NCBI GenBank assembly: GCA_963805975.1
Contig: CAWDVR010000001.1
Coordinates: 1,408,001 to 1,472,000, forward strand
Origin: an uncultured Acidobacteriota bacterium
GTDB lineage: Bacteria > Acidobacteriota > Thermoanaerobaculia > Multivoradales > SZUA-115
DNA length: 64,000 nucleotides
Direction: 5' to 3'
In this document: piece by piece, positions 59,186 to 64,000 of the stretch
Layout of the letters: each line of letters starts with the position of its first letter
Position numbering within the stretch: the first letter of the stretch is position 1
The notes under the pieces: model-generated
Databases searched by the model: none
The model's input: the letters and a program-made list of their open reading frames with translations, nothing else
What the model was told of the DNA's origin: nothing
Made by a program: the position numbers and the translations under genes

Positions 59186-61036
59186 TCAGGCGAGTAGCGC
59201 GGCGCTGGCCCGTACTTCGTCGCTCGGTGCCGGCGGCCGCTCGATGGCCGACTCTACCTGACCGGCGTCGAAGGCGGAAAGGAAGGCGGTGACCACCTTG
59301 GCGTCGAAGCGGGTGCCGGCGAGCTTCTTGATGGTCTCGACGGCGAACTCCGGCGTGTAGGCCTGCTGATAAGGCCGCGTGGTGGTGACGGCGTCGAAGG
59401 TGTCGGCCACGGCGACGATGCGGGCGAAGAGCGGGATCTGCTCGCCCTTGAGGCCATCCGGGTAGCCGCGCCCGTTCCAGGCCTCGTGGTGCCAGCGGAT
59501 GGCGGGCACGATCTCCCGCAACTGCTCGATGCGCTCCATGATCTCGGCGCCGATCACCGTGTGCAGCTTCATCTGCTCGAACTCGTCGGCGGTGAGCAGC
59601 TCGCCCTTCTTGAGGATGCGGTCGTCGACCCCGATCTTGCCCACGTCGTGCAGCAGCGCGCCCAGCCAAACCCGCTGCTGGAACTCCTCGTCGTAGCCCA
59701 GGTGACGGGCCATGGCGCGGCTCACCGCCGCCACCCGCTCGGAATGGCCGCGGGTATAGGGGTCCTTGGCGTCGATCGCCGCCGCGAAGGCGCGGATCGA
59801 GCCGATGAAGAGCTCGCGGTTGACGGCGGCGGCGCGGCGGAGCTGGTCGACGTAGCTCTCGAGCGTGGCGCTCATGCGGTTGAAGTTCTCGGCCAGGTCC
59901 GCCATCTCGAAAGCGAGGCCGCCCACCTGCACCCGGTGCCCGAAGTTGCCGGCCGCGATCTCGTCCGTGGTCTCGGTCAGCCGGAAGAGCGGCTCGCCGA
60001 TCTTGCGGGCGACGGTGACGGCGAAGAGCAGGGCGAGGGCCACCAGCACGAGCGACGACAGCAGGGTGTTGTAGATCATGCGATCGACGGCCGCCGAGGC
60101 GGCGATCGTCGGCTTGACCACTGCCACCGAGCCGCCGGTCGAGCGGATGCGCGAGATCGTCATCTGCAGCTCGCGGCGCTCGCCGTCGACCTCGGTGTTG
60201 AAAGCCTGGGTAAAGCTGTCGGGGCTGCGGACCGCGTCCGCCAGGAGGCCCGACGCCGCCACCGCGGCGCGCATTTTCTCTCCCAGGGCGTTGGCCCACA
60301 GCGGCTTGCCCGCGGCATCGACGAGAAAGACGGCGGCCGAGCCGCCCTGGTCGGCCAGCGACTCGCCGAGCGGCAGCCGCGCCGCGGCCTCGATCACCAG
60401 CTCGGGAGGAGCGGTGCTGCCGGTGGGGAGCGGCACCGCCACGATGGCCAGCGGATCGCCGGCTCCGACCCGGGTCACGGCCAGGTGGGGCGCCCGCCGG
60501 TTGCGCGCCTCCTGAAAAGCGGTGCCCAGCTCGGCGTCCACCTGGGGTGAGACCGCGCCTCGCCGGGCCGTGGGCCCCGCGCCCGCGGCGTCGAGCAGGC
60601 GCAGCACCTCGAACCGCTCGCCGCTCTCCAGGCAGGCGCCGAGGTAGTCCTGGAGCCAGAGCTGCCGCAGGCGCTCGCCCACCGGACCGGGGCCGGGCAG
60701 CGCCAGGAACGTCTCGCCGCATTGCCGGACCTCGCGCTCCAGGGCCGCGAACCGGCCTTCCAGCCCTTGCGACAGCGAGGCCGCGGACTGGGCCAGGAAC
60801 CGGCGCTCCTGCTCCACCAGCAGGCCGCGGTTCTGCCGGATCAGGAGGGCGGAGGAGATCCCCAGCGGGATGATCCCGGAGAGCAGGAGGCAGAGGAAGA
60901 GCAGGTGGCCGAGCTTGAGGCGGTTTCGGGAGCTGGTCTTGCGACCGGGCTCGGGCGCCCTCCACGGGGTCGGCGACAGGCCGCCCGGGACGGCGAGCCT
61001 CACGGCGCCGTGAAGGGGCGAACTGGAAGAGGACAA
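59186..61036 (-). CDS. Membrane HD-GYP phosphodiesterase with periplasmic sensor and HAMP domain
   Basis: Two TMs, HAMP, DAKDPYTRGHSERV, LHDVGK, HHE.WNG.GYPDGLKGEQIP, RPY; TATAAT (61063-61058) and GAGGAG upstream. Confidence 0.92.
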   Translation of the reverse strand: MSSSSSPLHGAVRLAVPGGLSPTPWRAPEPGRKTSSRNRLKLGHLLFLCLLLSGIIPLGISSALLIRQNRGLLVEQERRFLAQSAASLSQGLEGRFAALEREVRQCGETFLALPGPGPVGERLRQLWLQDYLGACLESGERFEVLRLLDAAGAGPTARRGAVSPQVDAELGTAFQEARNRRAPHLAVTRVGAGDPLAIVAVPLPTGSTAPPELVIEAAARLPLGESLADQGGSAAVFLVDAAGKPLWANALGEKMRAAVAASGLLADAVRSPDSFTQAFNTEVDGERRELQMTISRIRSTGGSVAVVKPTIAASAAVDRMIYNTLLSSLVLVALALLFAVTVARKIGEPLFRLTETTDEIAAGNFGHRVQVGGLAFEMADLAENFNRMSATLESYVDQLRRAAAVNRELFIGSIRAFAAAIDAKDPYTRGHSERVAAVSRAMARHLGYDEEFQQRVWLGALLHDVGKIGVDDRILKKGELLTADEFEQMKLHTVIGAEIMERIEQLREIVPAIRWHHEAWNGRGYPDGLKGEQIPLFARIVAVADTFDAVTTTRPYQQAYTPEFAVETIKKLAGTRFDAKVVTAFLSAFDAGQVESAIERPPAPSDEVRASAALLA

Positions 61037-61075
61037 AATGTTTAGGCTCCTCGAAGCATTATAACGGACGACCGC

Positions 61076-62173
61076 TCAAGAGAAGGGCGAAACGAGAAAG
61101 AGTCGCAGCGCCTGCTCGACCTCGGAACCGGGCACCGCGACCCCGATGCGGCCTCGGCCGAGGGCCTCCGGCAGCACCCAGGCAACTCCCTGCTCGGTGG
61201 CCTTCTTGTCCCGTCCCATGGCCGCGAGCAGCTCCGGGACCGCCACCTCGGGCAAGCGTGGCAGGTCGAAGCGCGCCAGGAGCCGTGTCAGCCGGCCGGC
61301 CTCCGCAGGAGTGAGCCCGCGCGCGAGGGCGAGGCGGGTCGCGAAGAGCATGCCGTAGGCGACGGCCTCGCCGTGGCGCAACCCGCGATAGGCCGCGGCC
61401 GATTCGAGTGCGTGGGCCAGGGTGTGGCCGAAGTTCAGGAGCTGGCGCTCTCCCCGCTCGTCCGGGTCCCGTTCCACCACTCGTGCCTTGAGCCGCGCCG
61501 CGGCCGCCGCCACCGAGGAAAGGGCCTCGCCGTCGCCGGCGAGCAGGCTCTCGAGATCGCGCTCCAGGGCCGCAAAGAGCTCGGCATCGAGGAGCATGGC
61601 CATCTTCACCACCTCGGCCAGGCCAGAACGCAGCTCCTCGGGCGGCAGCGTCGAGAGCACGGCCGTGTCGCCGACGACGAATGCAGGATGATGGAAGAGG
61701 CCGACCGCGTTCTTGGCCGCCGGCAGGTCGACGCCGGTCTTGCCACCGATCGCGGCGTCCACCTGCGCCAGCAGGGTGGTCGGCAGTTGCGCCACTTCGA
61801 CGCCGCGCAGGTAGGCCCCGGCGACGAAGCCGGCCAGGTCCCCCACGCTCCCGCCACCGAAAGCCACCAGGCGGCTGTCCCGCTTGCCGCCGGCCAGGAG
61901 CAGCCAGTTCCATAGCTCGCCGGCCGCGGCGACCGTCTTGGCGGGCTCGCCTTCCTCGACCTCGAAGACCTCCGAGCGCGCGGCCGCGGCGCGGAGGTGG
62001 GCAAGGCGCTCGCCGTGGAGGCCCATCACCCGCGGCGTCGAGATCACGAAGAGGGCGCGGCCTCGCACCCAGCTCGCGAGGTCGGCCGCGGCCTCGACCA
62101 GCGCTCCATGCCCGATCCGGATCGAGGTCGCTCCGGACGGGTGGCGCAGCTCGAAGCGCTCCGAGGAGGCCAT
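61076..62173 (-). CDS. aroB: 3-dehydroquinate synthase
   Basis: GGGSVGD, PTTLLAQVDAAIGGKT, LNFGHT, HGEAV, DKK. Confidence 0.96.
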   Translation of the reverse strand: MASSERFELRHPSGATSIRIGHGALVEAAADLASWVRGRALFVISTPRVMGLHGERLAHLRAAAARSEVFEVEEGEPAKTVAAAGELWNWLLLAGGKRDSRLVAFGGGSVGDLAGFVAGAYLRGVEVAQLPTTLLAQVDAAIGGKTGVDLPAAKNAVGLFHHPAFVVGDTAVLSTLPPEELRSGLAEVVKMAMLLDAELFAALERDLESLLAGDGEALSSVAAAAARLKARVVERDPDERGERQLLNFGHTLAHALESAAAYRGLRHGEAVAYGMLFATRLALARGLTPAEAGRLTRLLARFDLPRLPEVAVPELLAAMGRDKKATEQGVAWVLPEALGRGRIGVAVPGSEVEQALRLFLVSPFS

Positions 62174-62191
62174 GCGCGGCGCCCCTTTTCC

Positions 62192-63949
62192 TCAGTCTAC
62201 GCAGACCGCGATGCCCAGCTCCGCCAACTGGCGCGCGTCGACCTCGGACGGCGCCTCGGTCATCAGGCAGGTGGCCGAACCGGTCTTGGGGAAGGCGATC
62301 ACGTCGCGCAGCGAGCCGGCGCCCGCCATCAGCATCACCAGGCGGTCGAGCCCGAGCGCGATCCCGCCGTGAGGCGGCGCGCCGTAGCGCAGGGCCTCGA
62401 GCAGGAAGCCGAAACGGGACTGTGCCTCTTCGGCACCGATCCCCAGCAGCTCGAAGATCCGGCTCTGGACGTCCTGGCGGTGGATACGGATCGAGCCGCC
62501 GCCGATCTCGGTGCCGTTGAGCACCACGTCGTAGGCTCGCGAGCGGACGGCACCGGGATCGGTCGCGAGGGTATCGAGGTCGCGCGGGTCCGGGCTGGTG
62601 AAGGGATGGTGGAGCGCGGCCCAGCGCTTCTCCTCGGCGTCGTACTCGAGGAGCGGGAACTCGGTCACCCAGAGGAAAGCATGCTTGCCTTCGGGGACCA
62701 GGCCGTGGGCGCGGGCCAGCTCCTGCCGCAGCACGCCGAGCGCGGTCTCGGCGACCTTCCGCGGCGCGGCCACCAGAACCGCCAGGCCCCCCTCTTCGAG
62801 TCCGAGGTCGGCGGCGGCGCCCTCGAGCTCGGCCGAGGTCAGCGCCTCCTTGACCTGGAACTGGATCTCGCCGCCGCGGCGGCGCAGCGTCAGCACACCC
62901 GCCGCGCCGCTCCTCCGTGCCAGGGCCGCCCACTCGTCCACCTGCTTGCGGCTGGCCTCGGCGGCGCCGGGAACGGCGAAGCCGCGCACCACTCCGCCCG
63001 CCGCCACGGTCTCGCGGAAGCCCCGGAAGCCGCTCTCGCCCAGCCGTGCCGAGAGGTCATGGATCGGCAGCTCGTAGCGCAGGTCCGGCCGGTCCGAGCC
63101 GTAGCGGGCCATGGCCTCGGCGTAGGTCAGCCGTGGATAGACGGCCGGCGGCTCGATTCCGGCGAGCGGAAAGATGCGCGCGAAGAGGCCCTCGATCAGG
63201 CGCATGACTTCGTCCTCGGTGACGAAGGACATCTCGAGGTCTACCTGCGTGAACTCCGGCTGGCGGTCGCCGCGCAGGTCTTCGTCACGGAAACAGCGCG
63301 CGATCTGCACGTAGCGCTCGAAGCCCGCCACTTGCAGGATCTGTTTGAAGAGCTGCGGCGACTGGGGCAAGGCGTAGAACGACCCGCGCCGGACACGCGA
63401 AGGAACGAGGTAGTCGCGCGCGCCCTCAGGCGTCGAGCGGGTCAGGATCGGTGTCTCGACGTCCAGGAAGCCCCGCTCGTGAAAGTAGGTGCGTACCGCC
63501 ATCGTCACCCGGTCGCGGAGCAGGAAATTGGCCTGCAGCTCCGGCCGGCGCAGGTCGAGGAAGCGGTAGCGCAGGCGGGTCTCCTCCGCCGCGTCGCCGG
63601 CGGTGTCCGGCGTGAAGGGCGGCGGATCCGAGCGGTTGAGCACCTGGGCACGGTCGGGGATCACCTCGACCAGCCCGGTGGGGATCCGCGGGTTGGGGTT
63701 CTCGCGCGCGGCGACCACACCCTCGATCTCGACCACCCACTCCGACCGCACCTCGGTGAGCGCCGCGGCCACCGTGGGACGTTCGTCGGGCCGCACCAGA
63801 ACCTGCGCCAGGCCGCTCCGGTCGCGCAGGTCGAGGAACATCACGCCGCCGAGGTCGCGGCGGCGATGCACCCAGCCGGAGAGCAGCACGGTGGTGCCAA
63901 TGTCGGTTTCTCCAAGCGTGCCCGCGCCTCGCCGCTCCATCGCGTCCAC
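62192..63949 (-). CDS. aspS: Aspartate--tRNA ligase
   Basis: RRRDLGG, RYRFLDLR, PEGARDY, ALPQSPQLFKQ, FRDED, GAPPHGG.ALGLDR. Confidence 0.97.
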   Translation of the reverse strand: MDAMERRGAGTLGETDIGTTVLLSGWVHRRRDLGGVMFLDLRDRSGLAQVLVRPDERPTVAAALTEVRSEWVVEIEGVVAARENPNPRIPTGLVEVIPDRAQVLNRSDPPPFTPDTAGDAAEETRLRYRFLDLRRPELQANFLLRDRVTMAVRTYFHERGFLDVETPILTRSTPEGARDYLVPSRVRRGSFYALPQSPQLFKQILQVAGFERYVQIARCFRDEDLRGDRQPEFTQVDLEMSFVTEDEVMRLIEGLFARIFPLAGIEPPAVYPRLTYAEAMARYGSDRPDLRYELPIHDLSARLGESGFRGFRETVAAGGVVRGFAVPGAAEASRKQVDEWAALARRSGAAGVLTLRRRGGEIQFQVKEALTSAELEGAAADLGLEEGGLAVLVAAPRKVAETALGVLRQELARAHGLVPEGKHAFLWVTEFPLLEYDAEEKRWAALHHPFTSPDPRDLDTLATDPGAVRSRAYDVVLNGTEIGGGSIRIHRQDVQSRIFELLGIGAEEAQSRFGFLLEALRYGAPPHGGIALGLDRLVMLMAGAGSLRDVIAFPKTGSATCLMTEAPSEVDARQLAELGIAVCVD

Positions 63950-64000
63950 TCCTTGCGCTTCAGGTCCCGGGACCCAAGATTTGTAGGTACTCGTCTTTCA

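Overview
High-GC bacterial chromosome segment with about 50 genes. A PadR/ADOP permease pair and surface proteins with IPTL-CTERM and IFADGFES tails suggest Acidobacteriota, probably Thermoanaerobaculia-like (inference). Content is mostly housekeeping and peptide scavenging: two S9 peptidases, an S8 protease, PepD, an OPT transporter, a TonB-dependent receptor, a large ExeM/NucH nuclease, nadE, epmB-efp-epmA, hpt, ribD/ribE, ftsY, aroB and aspS. No rRNA, tRNA, CRISPR array, integrase or transposase was seen. The most notable items are: (1) a compact operon nuoB-nuoCD-nuoI-korA-korB-DsrE-like that joins only the quinone-reducing module of complex I to a 2-oxoacid oxidoreductase; (2) a candidate sigma54-driven structured small RNA between convergent genes at about 27.7-27.85 kb; (3) an MNT-HEPN toxin-antitoxin pair bracketed by a diverged duplicate of the 3' end of its neighbour gene; (4) a probable degenerate radical-SAM/PolX-HhH protein; (5) two genes that appear to need CTG starts. 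Several genes carry single-base frameshifts that look like long-read consensus errors. All product calls come from motif recognition by eye, not database searches.
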